This document shows positions 25,380 to 34,091 of a stretch of 64,000 nt of DNA, one piece after another; position 1 is the stretch's first letter; each line of letters opens with the position of its first letter. The notes under the pieces are model-generated. The model did not search any database. It saw only the letters and a program-made list of their open reading frames with translations, and was not told the origin of the DNA. Source of the stretch: Bacteroidales bacterium (lineage in GTDB: Bacteria > Bacteroidota > Bacteroidia > Bacteroidales > WCHB1-69); the NCBI GenBank assembly GCA_017962275.1, contig JAGCVQ010000073.1:4543-68542 (forward strand), in the 5' to 3' direction. Position numbers and translations under genes: made by a program.

Positions 25380-26497
25380 GTTGTAAGCACAAACATATCG
25401 CCATTGTCGGGGCGGGGGCGTCGGGACTGTTCTTAGCGAAGAAGTTATCCGAGGCACCAAACTTGGAGGTTTCCGTGTTCGAGAAAAACCGGCAGGTGGG
25501 CGCGAAACTTCGGGCTTCAGGCGGCGGCAAGGCCAACATCTTCAACCGAGACATCCGTCCTGAACACTACAACCAGCCGGCTTTTGTGTCTGATTTGCTC
25601 TCCCGCTATACCCCGGAACAGCTTGAAAACCAGTTTGCTGCGTGGGGATTAGTGACCGTCGCCGACGAGGAAGGACGTGTCTATCCCGCCTCGCAGTTCT
25701 CGCAAACGGTGGTGGATGTGCTGACTGACTTCGCCTCTGACAATATACACCTTAAAACGGAGCATAACATTCAACATATTGTGAAAGAGGGTGATAAGTG
25801 GATAATTGACGATGAACCCGAGAAGTTTGATGTGCTGGTGCTCGCTTCGGGATCGCCCGCTGGCATGATTCCCAAAAACCAGCGGGGATATAACGGCTAT
25901 CTGCAAGATTTTTCGCTGAAAACCAATCCGTTGCAATCCTCTTTGGCCGGTTTCCTTTTGGAGAATTATCCCAAGTCATTGTCGGGTTGCCGCACCAAAG
26001 CGATTGTCTCCTTATTTCAAGACAAAAAACTGATTCACAAAGAGTTCGGGGAAATCACGTTCAAAGATGACGGGGTGTCCGGCATTGTAATCATGAATCT
26101 GTCGGCCTACTACCGCAGATTGTCGTCCACCCATGATTGCCGCCTGGAAATCAACCTCACCTACTGGGACGAGAATTTCGATATTAGCGCATATTTGCGT
26201 AACAATCAAAATGTTACGGGATTATTGCACCCGAAATTGGCCGCCTTCTATCAGCAACATCCCTTCGACATCCACCGGCTGACGTTCCCCATTGCAGACA
26301 CTTATTCTTTAGACACGGCGCAGGTGGCCCACGGCGGCATCGATCTGTCGGAAATCGACTACCGTTTTAAAGTAAAAAACGTCCAGAATCTCTATCTGTT
26401 AGGAGAAATCCTGGACGTGGATGGTGTGTGTGGCGGCTACAACCTGTTTTTCGCATTCGCCTCGGCGGCTGTGGTCGGGGCGGAGCTGTTGCGGTGA
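25376..26497 (+). CDS. HI0933/BaiN-like NAD(P)/FAD-dependent oxidoreductase
   Basis: Dinucleotide fold HIAIVGAGASGLFLAKKL, then LRASGGGKANIFN, typical of the HI0933 family. An ATGA overlap joins it to gmk. Confidence 0.8.
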   Translation: MSCKHKHIAIVGAGASGLFLAKKLSEAPNLEVSVFEKNRQVGAKLRASGGGKANIFNRDIRPEHYNQPAFVSDLLSRYTPEQLENQFAAWGLVTVADEEGRVYPASQFSQTVVDVLTDFASDNIHLKTEHNIQHIVKEGDKWIIDDEPEKFDVLVLASGSPAGMIPKNQRGYNGYLQDFSLKTNPLQSSLAGFLLENYPKSLSGCRTKAIVSLFQDKKLIHKEFGEITFKDDGVSGIVIMNLSAYYRRLSSTHDCRLEINLTYWDENFDISAYLRNNQNVTGLLHPKLAAFYQQHPFDIHRLTFPIADTYSLDTAQVAHGGIDLSEIDYRFKVKNVQNLYLLGEILDVDGVCGGYNLFFAFASAAVVGAELLR

Positions 26498-26526
26498 CAG
26501 CGGTAGTTCCCTTTACCGTTGAAACT

Positions 26527-28158
26527 TTACGGTTCCATCACCGTTCTGTCTGACGGTTTGTATCCCAGTTTTTTCATCAGATTGCGTTCAAACTCGACCT
26601 TCATGGCGAACTTTTGGGGGTCTTTTTTCTCTTTCGGGCTCCAAACGCATTCTGACAGCGCAAAGAGTCGCGGCATAATCATATATTCGGCCGTTTCGGG
26701 GTCGTTGACGAACTCGGTCCAGAGGTTGCACTGCCCACCGAGGATGTGCTTGGCCTGCTTCTCGCTGAGCCCTTCCGGCATCGGGTCGAAAGAGTAGGCC
26801 TTGCCCAAGGAGACGTAACCCTCCATGCAGAGCCGCTCGTCCTTGTCCTTGCTCTGGTAGTAGTTGTAGTAGCAGTGCGTGGTGGGGCACATAATCACGT
26901 CGTTACCGTGTTTGGCAGCGGTTTTCGCCACGTCAAGGCCCTGCCAGCACATAATGGTGGAGGTGTTCACCATGTCCTCCGATACGATGTCGTCCCAAAT
27001 GATGGCCTTTTTGCCGAGCGAATCCAGATGGTGTTCAATCTGGTTCATCAGCCATTGTTGCAGCTCGAACTCGTTCTTAAGTCCCTTGTCCTGAATGCGT
27101 TGCTGACACTTCGGACAGACCTGCCAGTTGTCGTTGAAGGCCTCGTCGCCGCCGATGTGGATAAGCGGGTAGGGGAACAGTTCCGCCACCTCGTCGAGCA
27201 CGTTTTTGTAGAAGGTGAGCACCCCGTCGTTTCCGGCGCACATGATGGCTTTCGGGGGCCAGTAGGGACCCACGGCCACGGTGTAGGGGTAGTCGTCGCA
27301 GGCGTACTGCGGGTAGGCGGCGAGGATGGCACTGCAATGGCCGGGAATCTCGATTTCGGGGATGATGTCGATGTGGCGGGCGGCGGCATAGCGCACGATG
27401 TCGCGGATTTGCTCTTTGGTGTAGAAGCCGCCGTAGGTCATGGGTTCATCGGGCAATACCGGATGCAGCGTGTCCCACGAAGTGCGCTCGGGTCGCCACG
27501 CGCCCACGGAGGTCAGTGCCGGATATTTGTCGATTTGGATGCGCCAGCCGTGGTCGTCGGTGAGGTGCCAGTGGAACTTGTTGATCTTGAAGAACGCCAG
27601 CATGTCGATGTACTTCTTCACGAAGGCTGTGTCGAAGAAATGTCGCGACACGTCGAGGTGGGCGCCGCGGTAGGCGAAGCGCGGGTAGTCGGTGATTTGG
27701 CAGCAAGGCACGGCGAAGGTTTTGCTGTCAGCCAGCTTGTCGGTGCCGGCCATCTGCATCAGCGTCTGCATGGCGTAGAAAAGTCCGGCGGTGGAATTGG
27801 CCTCCACGACAATTTTGTTGGATTTCACCAGCATTTTGTAGCCCTCATCGCCGATGTCCTTGATTTCTTTCTTGCTGATACTGAACAGGATGGAGTGTTT
27901 TTTCGCGCTCTCTGCATCGCCGAGGTTGGGTCGCATCTTGAAGTAGCTCTCGTAGAGGTCGCGGATCATCTTCGAGGTTTCGGCACCGTCCGCGCCGAGG
28001 TTTTCGAAGCAGAGCATCGTCTTGTTGTCGATGGTGAACTGTCCGGCTTTGGGCGTGACTTCCACCGGCTCGGGAATGACGACGACGGCTTTGGGTTTCT
28101 GGCAGCCGAAGAGCACTACGGCTGCGAGGATGATGGTCAAAAGGGAGATTTTTTTCAT
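26527..28158 (-). CDS. GH20 beta-N-acetylhexosaminidase lipoprotein
   Basis: Lipobox VLFGCQK. GH20 core HLDVSRHFFDTAFVKKYIDMLAFFKINKFHWHLTDDHGWRIQIDKYP and HIGGDEA. Confidence 0.9.
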   Translation of the reverse strand: MKKISLLTIILAAVVLFGCQKPKAVVVIPEPVEVTPKAGQFTIDNKTMLCFENLGADGAETSKMIRDLYESYFKMRPNLGDAESAKKHSILFSISKKEIKDIGDEGYKMLVKSNKIVVEANSTAGLFYAMQTLMQMAGTDKLADSKTFAVPCCQITDYPRFAYRGAHLDVSRHFFDTAFVKKYIDMLAFFKINKFHWHLTDDHGWRIQIDKYPALTSVGAWRPERTSWDTLHPVLPDEPMTYGGFYTKEQIRDIVRYAAARHIDIIPEIEIPGHCSAILAAYPQYACDDYPYTVAVGPYWPPKAIMCAGNDGVLTFYKNVLDEVAELFPYPLIHIGGDEAFNDNWQVCPKCQQRIQDKGLKNEFELQQWLMNQIEHHLDSLGKKAIIWDDIVSEDMVNTSTIMCWQGLDVAKTAAKHGNDVIMCPTTHCYYNYYQSKDKDERLCMEGYVSLGKAYSFDPMPEGLSEKQAKHILGGQCNLWTEFVNDPETAEYMIMPRLFALSECVWSPKEKKDPQKFAMKVEFERNLMKKLGYKPSDRTVMEP

Positions 28159-28172
28159 ATTTCGGTGATTAT

Positions 28173-28481
28173 TTATTCGTTATAAGGTGCGGGATCCTCC
28201 GCCACTTGGTTTACATGCGAGAAATCATCATTTTTCGTTGAGATGCTGTGCTCATAAAGAAATTCGGGAGCAAAATCCACCCCGTTGTACCATTCTAAAG
28301 TCCATGGTGTCAATGCAAATTGAATGAATTTGTGCTTGTCGCGGAGTTCGTCGAAAAATTTGCCATGCAAAAGAGGCTCAAAGTTCATTATTCGGATTTC
28401 TCCGTTGTTGAATTCGAGTTTCATCACGTAGTCATGAAGATATTCTACATCTATTACTCTTAAAAATCCAAAATCTTCCAT
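28173..28481 (-). CDS. DUF2442 domain protein
   Basis: 102 aa. VIDVEYLHDYVMKLEFNNGEIRIMNFEPLL matches the DUF2442 pattern. It lies 6 nt downstream of the DUF4160 gene. Confidence 0.7.
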   Translation of the reverse strand: MEDFGFLRVIDVEYLHDYVMKLEFNNGEIRIMNFEPLLHGKFFDELRDKHKFIQFALTPWTLEWYNGVDFAPEFLYEHSISTKNDDFSHVNQVAEDPAPYNE

Positions 28482-28487
28482 AATGTT

Positions 28488-28745
28488 TTATTCTAACGGT
28501 TTAATGGATAATGGTTCTTGCCCGTTCTTGAGACGATTCCAATTGTCTAAGATTTCATTATAATGTAAATCCATCCATGTATATATTTTAGCAAGCTCTT
28601 TTCGGGACATTTGTCCAGTAACAATTCCCTTTTTTATAGAAATAACGGCTCGTTGGTCACCATATCTTACATGAAAGTGGGGCGGATTGTGATCATCTGC
28701 GAACATCAAAATGATGATACCATAGAATCTGCATATTTCGGGCAT
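28488..28745 (-). CDS. DUF4160 domain protein
   Basis: 85 aa. FYGIIILMFADDHNPPHFHVRYGDQRAVISI is the DUF4160 signature. Confidence 0.75.
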   Translation of the reverse strand: MPEICRFYGIIILMFADDHNPPHFHVRYGDQRAVISIKKGIVTGQMSRKELAKIYTWMDLHYNEILDNWNRLKNGQEPLSIKPLE

Positions 28746-28771
28746 AGTATTCTTAGTTTGGTTTCAAAAGG

Positions 28772-28779
28772 CAAAAGTA
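28772..28779 (-). promoter_or_regulatory. -7 box TActTTTG for the DUF4160-DUF2442 pair
   Basis: 27 nt before the start at 28745. Confidence 0.5.
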
Positions 28780-28834
28780 CAAAAAAAACATACAGAATTA
28801 TCTGCCACGAAATATTGTCATACGAATTATTTTG

Positions 28835-28842
28835 TACCTTTG
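28835..28842 (+). promoter_or_regulatory. -7 box TAccTTTG for ogt
   Basis: 40 nt before the ATG at 28882. Confidence 0.45.
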
Positions 28843-28881
28843 CAGCGGCAAATTTAAGGTTTGCCGTCAAATTCAGCTGAA

Positions 28882-29493
28882 ATGAACGACGAAAAACACT
28901 GCCGCGTATGGATAGAGCCGATGTCGCGTGAGGAGTTCTCGGGCAAGGGGAAGCCCCTCACCATCAGCTACAGCATCTACGCCGCCCCTTTCGGGCGCGT
29001 TTTGATTGCCTCTACCGCCAAGGGCATCTGTTTCCTCATGCCCGCCGCGATGAAATGGGAGCCTGAGGCGACCCTGAGAAGGCATTTCCCCAAGGCGCGG
29101 TTCCGCTGTCGTACCGTGGCCCTGCACAAGAAGGCGCTGTTGCTGCTCCGACAACGCTATGACAAGGTGCCGAGCCTTTGTCTCCATCTGTACGGCACTC
29201 CCTTCCAAATGGAGGTGTGGCGCGATTTGTTGTCCATTCCCGTCGGTATGGTGACCACCTACCAGCACATTGCCGACCGCATAGGCCGACCCAAATCGGC
29301 ACGGCCGGTGGGACAGGCGGTGGGGGCCAACCCGGTGATGTATATCGTGCCCTGCCATCGCGTTGTCCGCACTGACGGCTCTCTCGGGGGCTTCCGTTGG
29401 GGGATCTCCCGCAAAATCAAGTTCCTGAACGAGGAGGCCAAGGCCGCCACGAAAGTCGCGGGGCTCAAGAAGTGGGAGCCGACGCTGTTCTGA
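28882..29493 (+). CDS. ogt: Methylated-DNA--protein-cysteine methyltransferase
   Basis: Active-site motif IVPCHRVV preceded by TYQHIADRIGRPKSARPVGQAVGANP. The track start at 28861 is TTG; the first ATG is at 28882. Confidence 0.85.
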   Translation: MNDEKHCRVWIEPMSREEFSGKGKPLTISYSIYAAPFGRVLIASTAKGICFLMPAAMKWEPEATLRRHFPKARFRCRTVALHKKALLLLRQRYDKVPSLCLHLYGTPFQMEVWRDLLSIPVGMVTTYQHIADRIGRPKSARPVGQAVGANPVMYIVPCHRVVRTDGSLGGFRWGISRKIKFLNEEAKAATKVAGLKKWEPTLF

Positions 29494-29512
29494 TAATGAC
29501 TATTCGCGAGGT

Positions 29513-29540
29513 GTAGGGACGTAAAATTTTGCGTCTCTAC
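29513..29540. repeat. 28-nt palindrome family, copy 2 (GTAGGGACGTAAAATTTTGCGTCTCTAC)
   Basis: It carries two transitions in the left arm relative to the perfect palindrome. Both still allow G-U pairing in a plus-strand RNA. It lies 20 nt after the ogt stop. Confidence 0.85.
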
Positions 29541-29565
29541 AAAACAGATCATATATTGTCTCTTC

Positions 29566-29620
29566 CTCCGGTCCAACTCCGGTCCAACTCCGGTGTAACT
29601 CCTGTGTAAGTCCTGTGTGG
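29566..29620. repeat. 11-nt tandem array with stepwise drift
   Basis: CTCCGGTCCAA CTCCGGTCCAA CTCCGGTGTAA CTCCTGTGTAA GTCCTGTGTGG. It abuts the hemW stop. Confidence 0.88.
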
Positions 29621-29622
29621 GT

Positions 29623-30756
29623 CTATTCGTTCGTCAGGAATGCGCCGCTGGCGATGCCGTCCGCGAACCAGAGTCCCTGCGCGGTCAGGTGCAGACGGTC
29701 GGGGGTGCGGATGTAGTGCTCGTCCGGGACTTCCGAAGAGAAGTAACAGAGTAGCGACTTGACCTGTACTGCGCCAAACAGTCCCTCCATTTCCTGTAAG
29801 TCAATGCCCGAAGCGGTTCGTAACCGCAAGAGGATGAACTCGTTGTGCTTGTCGATGTCGGTCAAGGTCTCGCGCTCGTGACAGGGTTTCCGCCGCTCGA
29901 TTTGGGCGAAGTAGCCCGACAGGGTGGGGGCGTTCCATGAACGGTGCTCCCCGTCGAAGGAATGCGCCGAAGCCCCTAATCCGATATACGGCACGCTATG
30001 CCAGTAGGCGGAGTTGTGCTTTGACTCCCAGCCTTTTACCGCAAAGTTGGAGATCTCGTATTGTTCGAACCGCGAATTGGTCACTGCTTCCGACAATATT
30101 TTATATTGTACGGAAGCCAAATCTTCGTCGGGCTCCACGTCGCGGTGCTGATGGATGCGGCGGTAGAGCAGGGAGTTCTCCTCCACGGTGAGCGCGTAGG
30201 CGGAAAAATGTTTGACGGGCAAGCCGAAAGCTATGTCCAACTCTTTCTGCCATAGCGTATTGTCACGTTCATTCACCCCGTAAATCAGGTCGATGGAGAT
30301 ATTGTCAAAACCGGCAGCATGCGCGTTCTCAACGGCTTGCATTGCCTCTTTTGCGGTATGCTTGCGTCCCAAGAATTGCAATATGTCATCGTGAAAGGAT
30401 TGTATCCCGATGCTTATCCTGTTGAATCCCAATGATTTCAACGACTTGCAATGCTCGGATGTGAGTTGTTCAGGATTCGCCTCGATCGTGATTTCGGCGT
30501 TGGGATTAATGGTGTAATTCCGATGAATATTGTCCAGGATATGCTGTAGTTGAGCGGGTTGCAACAACGAAGGGGTTCCGCCGCCGAAATAGAGAGTCCG
30601 GATTTTATCGCCCGCCGTTTCGTCCTTCCGCAAAACCATCTCCGTATCCAACGCTGTCAGGTATTTTTCCATATCCTTTTGGTTCACTGTGGAATAGAAT
30701 CCGCAGTAAACGCACTTGGACTTGCAGAAGGGGATGTGGAGGTAGAGGCCGGGCAT
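29623..30756 (-). CDS. hemW: Radical SAM heme chaperone HemW (HemN-like)
   Basis: LYLHIPFCKSKCVYCGF is the CxxxCxxC radical-SAM motif, followed by TLYFGGGTPS; 377 aa. Confidence 0.88.
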   Translation of the reverse strand: MPGLYLHIPFCKSKCVYCGFYSTVNQKDMEKYLTALDTEMVLRKDETAGDKIRTLYFGGGTPSLLQPAQLQHILDNIHRNYTINPNAEITIEANPEQLTSEHCKSLKSLGFNRISIGIQSFHDDILQFLGRKHTAKEAMQAVENAHAAGFDNISIDLIYGVNERDNTLWQKELDIAFGLPVKHFSAYALTVEENSLLYRRIHQHRDVEPDEDLASVQYKILSEAVTNSRFEQYEISNFAVKGWESKHNSAYWHSVPYIGLGASAHSFDGEHRSWNAPTLSGYFAQIERRKPCHERETLTDIDKHNEFILLRLRTASGIDLQEMEGLFGAVQVKSLLCYFSSEVPDEHYIRTPDRLHLTAQGLWFADGIASGAFLTNE

Positions 30757-30765
30757 TGTTCTAAT

Positions 30766-30925
30766 GGTTATTGGTTATAGGTTATTGGTTATTGAAGCTT
30801 AGAGTTTAGGGTTAAAGGGTTAAAGGGTTATAGGGTTAAGGGTTACACGGTTACATGGTTACACGGTTATATGGTTACACGGTTACATGGTTACATGGTT
30901 AGGGGTTAGAGTTTGGGTTTGGGGG
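30766..30925. repeat. About 160-nt degenerate 7-8-nt tandem array, GGTTA family
   Basis: GGTTATT GGTTATA GGTTATT GGTTATT ... GGGTTAAA GGGTTAAA GGGTTATA GGGTTAA GGGTTACAC GGTTACAT GGTTACAC GGTTATAT GGTTACAC GGTTACAT GGTTACAT GGTTAGGG GTTAGA GTTTGG GTTTGGGGG. It spans the spacer and the last codons of 30906..32444. Confidence 0.9.
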
Positions 30926-32444
30926 TGCCGCAGAATAGTAAGATTGGGGTGAAGGTGGTGAAGAGCATGAGGCCGGTTTGGGCGTTGAGGGTGTCTTCGA
31001 CCAGCATGGAGAGGAACATCATGGCGATGAAGGCGAAATAGAGGAAAGAGACTCGTCTCCTCATTGTCGCGAAGGGATAAACCAAGATGAAGCAGAAATA
31101 GAGCATGGGGATGATGCCGGCGGCGAGCCAGTAGGTGAGGAATTGGTTGTGGCTGCCGCGACCCAGCCGTTTGCCGGCGATGGGTGAGTGCTGTATCTCC
31201 AACTGTCGGTCGAGGGCCGCCCGTTGCTGCCCGATGCCGATCCCGAACAGCCAGTGCTCGCGGATGACCTGCCACGACGCCCGCCAAAGCTCCACCCGCT
31301 CCATTAACGATGACTCTTTGATAATGCCGTATTTCCCGTACAGCGTGAATCCGAAGTAGGTTTCGTACAAGGCCCGCCGCAGACTGGCTTTCCGCGTGTA
31401 ATAGACGTTGGCGTAGTGGTTCTCGATGTTGCGGATGTCATTGTCGCTCAGGCTCATCACGGCGGCGGAATCTTTGCGCAGACCGAGTGAGTTGAGGTAG
31501 CGCAGCAGGGCGGAGGCCGTCACCTCGTCGTACGCCGAGTCTGAACGCATGGCCCAGGCGGTCTGCATCTCCTGTTCGCACACGTAGTGGCCGATATAGT
31601 GGCCGTTTTCCACCATCGGATCCTCCTCGAAAGTGTAGGGGTTGCCCGAAGCAGTCAGCGCGGAACGGTTGGGTGCGGGATCCTTCACGTGGAAATAGTC
31701 GTACGATATATATATGGTATAGACGATGGTGGCGGTGAGGGTCAAGGAAAGAGCTCCGCCAAGTACCCGTTTTGTCTTGTTATCCTTTTGGTTTACAATA
31801 AGATGGATAAGGTAGCAGAGCGCGATAACCATCAGGATTACAATGCCGGAAAGGGTTTGGCTGTAAAGCAGGTAGAAGAGTAGTAATAGGCTGATTATTA
31901 TGCAGATAATATGGGTGGCTGAGATGTTTCTCGGAAGGTTGGTCAGAAAATGCAGGCAAAGGATGATGGAAAAGGTCACGCAGAGGCTGAAACGGATGTG
32001 GTCGATGAAGCGCGACATCTCCCGGAAGTCGTTCAACGTGTGGGTTTGGGCGTAGCCGAAGTTCCAGCAGCAACCGAACAGCGTGGCTAAGACAAAAGCC
32101 CCGAATATCCAATGTAACTGTCTGTTGTTAAACGGTTTGGAAGTGATGACTACAATGGGGGTGAGGAGGAACGGCAGCTTGCCGAGCATCTCCTTGCCGG
32201 CCGCGTTCCAGTCAGTGACGTGAATCAGACCGATGGCGTAGACGAGGTAGAAGGCCGCGAACCAAAGTCCTTGACGGTTTTTGCGCAATCGAATCCGTTT
32301 TTCCTTCCAGTTCCATTCCGCTATCCAGTTGAGCAGCAGGAGGAAAGGGGCCAGTCCCATGAGAAAGTGCGACAGCGGGATGGCTGCCGCCAAGGTGACG
32401 GTGCCGAGCAGGTAGAATAGGTTGTGGAAGTCGGCGCGGCGCAT
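30906..32444 (-). CDS. O-antigen ligase (Wzy_C)-like polytopic membrane protein
   Basis: 512 aa with many TM helices. The GRGSHNQFLTYWLAAGI region is typical of O-antigen ligase-like proteins. The last codons (PKPKL) are encoded by a tandem repeat. Confidence 0.75.
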   Translation of the reverse strand: MRRADFHNLFYLLGTVTLAAAIPLSHFLMGLAPFLLLLNWIAEWNWKEKRIRLRKNRQGLWFAAFYLVYAIGLIHVTDWNAAGKEMLGKLPFLLTPIVVITSKPFNNRQLHWIFGAFVLATLFGCCWNFGYAQTHTLNDFREMSRFIDHIRFSLCVTFSIILCLHFLTNLPRNISATHIICIIISLLLLFYLLYSQTLSGIVILMVIALCYLIHLIVNQKDNKTKRVLGGALSLTLTATIVYTIYISYDYFHVKDPAPNRSALTASGNPYTFEEDPMVENGHYIGHYVCEQEMQTAWAMRSDSAYDEVTASALLRYLNSLGLRKDSAAVMSLSDNDIRNIENHYANVYYTRKASLRRALYETYFGFTLYGKYGIIKESSLMERVELWRASWQVIREHWLFGIGIGQQRAALDRQLEIQHSPIAGKRLGRGSHNQFLTYWLAAGIIPMLYFCFILVYPFATMRRRVSFLYFAFIAMMFLSMLVEDTLNAQTGLMLFTTFTPILLFCGTPKPKL

Positions 32445-32447
32445 CTC

Positions 32448-34091
32448 CTATTTTTTCGGGGAGAGGATTTCGCGGTAGCGGCTCGGATTGAGCAGCACGC
32501 TCTTGGCGGCTTCGATGTCGCGGTCGTGATGCAGGCTGTTGACGAGCTTGCCGGTGCTGAAGTAATAGCGCGAGACGATTTCCTGCGTGAGGGCGCGGGC
32601 GATTTCGGACTTCTGGGTGGTCAGTTCCTGCGTTTTGAGGTTTTCGATCTGCGACTTCAGCTGGTTGTAGGCGTTTTGGATGCCCGCGAACGAATGATCG
32701 TCTTCGGCAGCGGTTTTCAGCTCTTCCAGCTTTTTCTCGATTTCGGTCGTGTAATCGTACTTTTTCGCTTTGAGGAATTGCAGAAAATCGTTGTAGATGG
32801 CATCGTCCACGACAAAGTCCTCCGCCTTGGCGATGGTTTCGTGTTTCGCACGGTAGTCGTTGGCAAAGTCGAAGATGGCCTGATCCTCGATGAGCGCGGT
32901 CAGGATGTCGGGCACGTCCTCGTCCGCCACGGGTACGTCGGGTTCCACGCCGCCCTTGTCATAGACGGTGCGTCCGTTCTTGGTCTTATATGCAACAGCC
33001 AATGAATCAGGAATCTTGTAACCGCCCTTGGTGGTGTCGCGGTCGAAATACTCGATATTCTGCACGCAACGGCCGCTGGGAATGTAGTATTTCGACACGG
33101 TGACCTTCATGCTGGTGTTGTAATCCATGGGATAGACCTTCTGCACCAGACCCTTGCCGAAGGATTTCTTCCCGACGATGACGGCGCGGTCGAGGTCTTG
33201 CAGCGTGCCGGAGACGATTTCCGATGCCGAGGCACTGTGTTCGTTGACCAGCACCACGATGGGGATATCTGCGTCGGCCGCCTCATTGCGGGTGCTGTAA
33301 ATCCGGTTCATCTCCGCAATCTTGCCCTTCGTTTCCACTACCTTAACATCCTTGCCCACAAAGAGATCGATGATGTTGACCGCTTCGCCGAGGAGACCGC
33401 CGCCGTTGTCGCGCAGGTCGATGATGAGGTACTCCATGCCGTCCTCTTTGAGTTTCTTGAAGGCGTCATAGACTTCCTGTCCGGCGTTTTCGAGGAATTG
33501 GTTGAGCTTGATATAGCCCACTTTGTCGCCAAGAAGTCCGGACCAGGGGATGTTGGGTTGTTTCACCTTCTCGCGTTTCACCTTGAACGTCAGGTTCTTG
33601 CCGTCGGTCGGACGGAAAACATCCACGGTGTAAGTGCTTCCGGGCTGCCCGCGCATGGCGAGGATGAGGGCGTCAATGTCGCGGCTCTCGGACGATTGTC
33701 CATTGATTTTGAGGATGCGGTCGCCGACGCGCAGACCGGCCTTCGCGGAGGGACCTTCACCCACCATATCGATGATAACCGGCTGTTTGTCAATGACTTT
33801 CAGGGTGACATCCACATCGCCTGATTCACCAGCGTTCATCATGCGGTAAGTTTCGATTTCGCCCTCGTTGTAATAGACGGTGTAGGGGTCGAGGCTCAAC
33901 AGCATGGCCTTGATGGCGGTCTGGGTCAGTTCGCCGGGAGAAATCTCGTCGGCGTATTTGTCGTTCAGCTCGTTGAGCACGCTGATGAAAATATCGACAT
34001 TCTTGACGATTTCAAAGTCGTTTTGGGCGGAAATGTTGGTAAAAAGTCCGGTGATTGCGATGATAATTGCGGTTATTATGGTTTTTCTCAT
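32448..34091 (-). CDS. S41 C-terminal processing (tail-specific) peptidase
   Basis: PDZ region (GPSAKAGLRVGDRILKING) and the catalytic region VVLVNEHSASASEIVSGTLQDLDRAVIVGKKSFGKGLVQ. Confidence 0.9.
   Translation of the reverse strand: MRKTIITAIIIAITGLFTNISAQNDFEIVKNVDIFISVLNELNDKYADEISPGELTQTAIKAMLLSLDPYTVYYNEGEIETYRMMNAGESGDVDVTLKVIDKQPVIIDMVGEGPSAKAGLRVGDRILKINGQSSESRDIDALILAMRGQPGSTYTVDVFRPTDGKNLTFKVKREKVKQPNIPWSGLLGDKVGYIKLNQFLENAGQEVYDAFKKLKEDGMEYLIIDLRDNGGGLLGEAVNIIDLFVGKDVKVVETKGKIAEMNRIYSTRNEAADADIPIVVLVNEHSASASEIVSGTLQDLDRAVIVGKKSFGKGLVQKVYPMDYNTSMKVTVSKYYIPSGRCVQNIEYFDRDTTKGGYKIPDSLAVAYKTKNGRTVYDKGGVEPDVPVADEDVPDILTALIEDQAIFDFANDYRAKHETIAKAEDFVVDDAIYNDFLQFLKAKKYDYTTEIEKKLEELKTAAEDDHSFAGIQNAYNQLKSQIENLKTQELTTQKSEIARALTQEIVSRYYFSTGKLVNSLHHDRDIEAAKSVLLNPSRYREILSPKK

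Noticed and set aside
26746-28185. A 479-aa plus-strand ORF antisense to the second GH20 gene.
   Set aside because: Same shadow-ORF composition. The minus-strand product has clear GH20 motifs and a lipoprotein signal.
30809-30904. GGGTTA/TTAGGG-like repeats as eukaryotic telomeric contamination or a chimeric assembly.
   Set aside because: The array is degenerate and continuous with bacterial coding sequence on both sides. It belongs to the same family as 3545-3590 and behaves like the other arrays.
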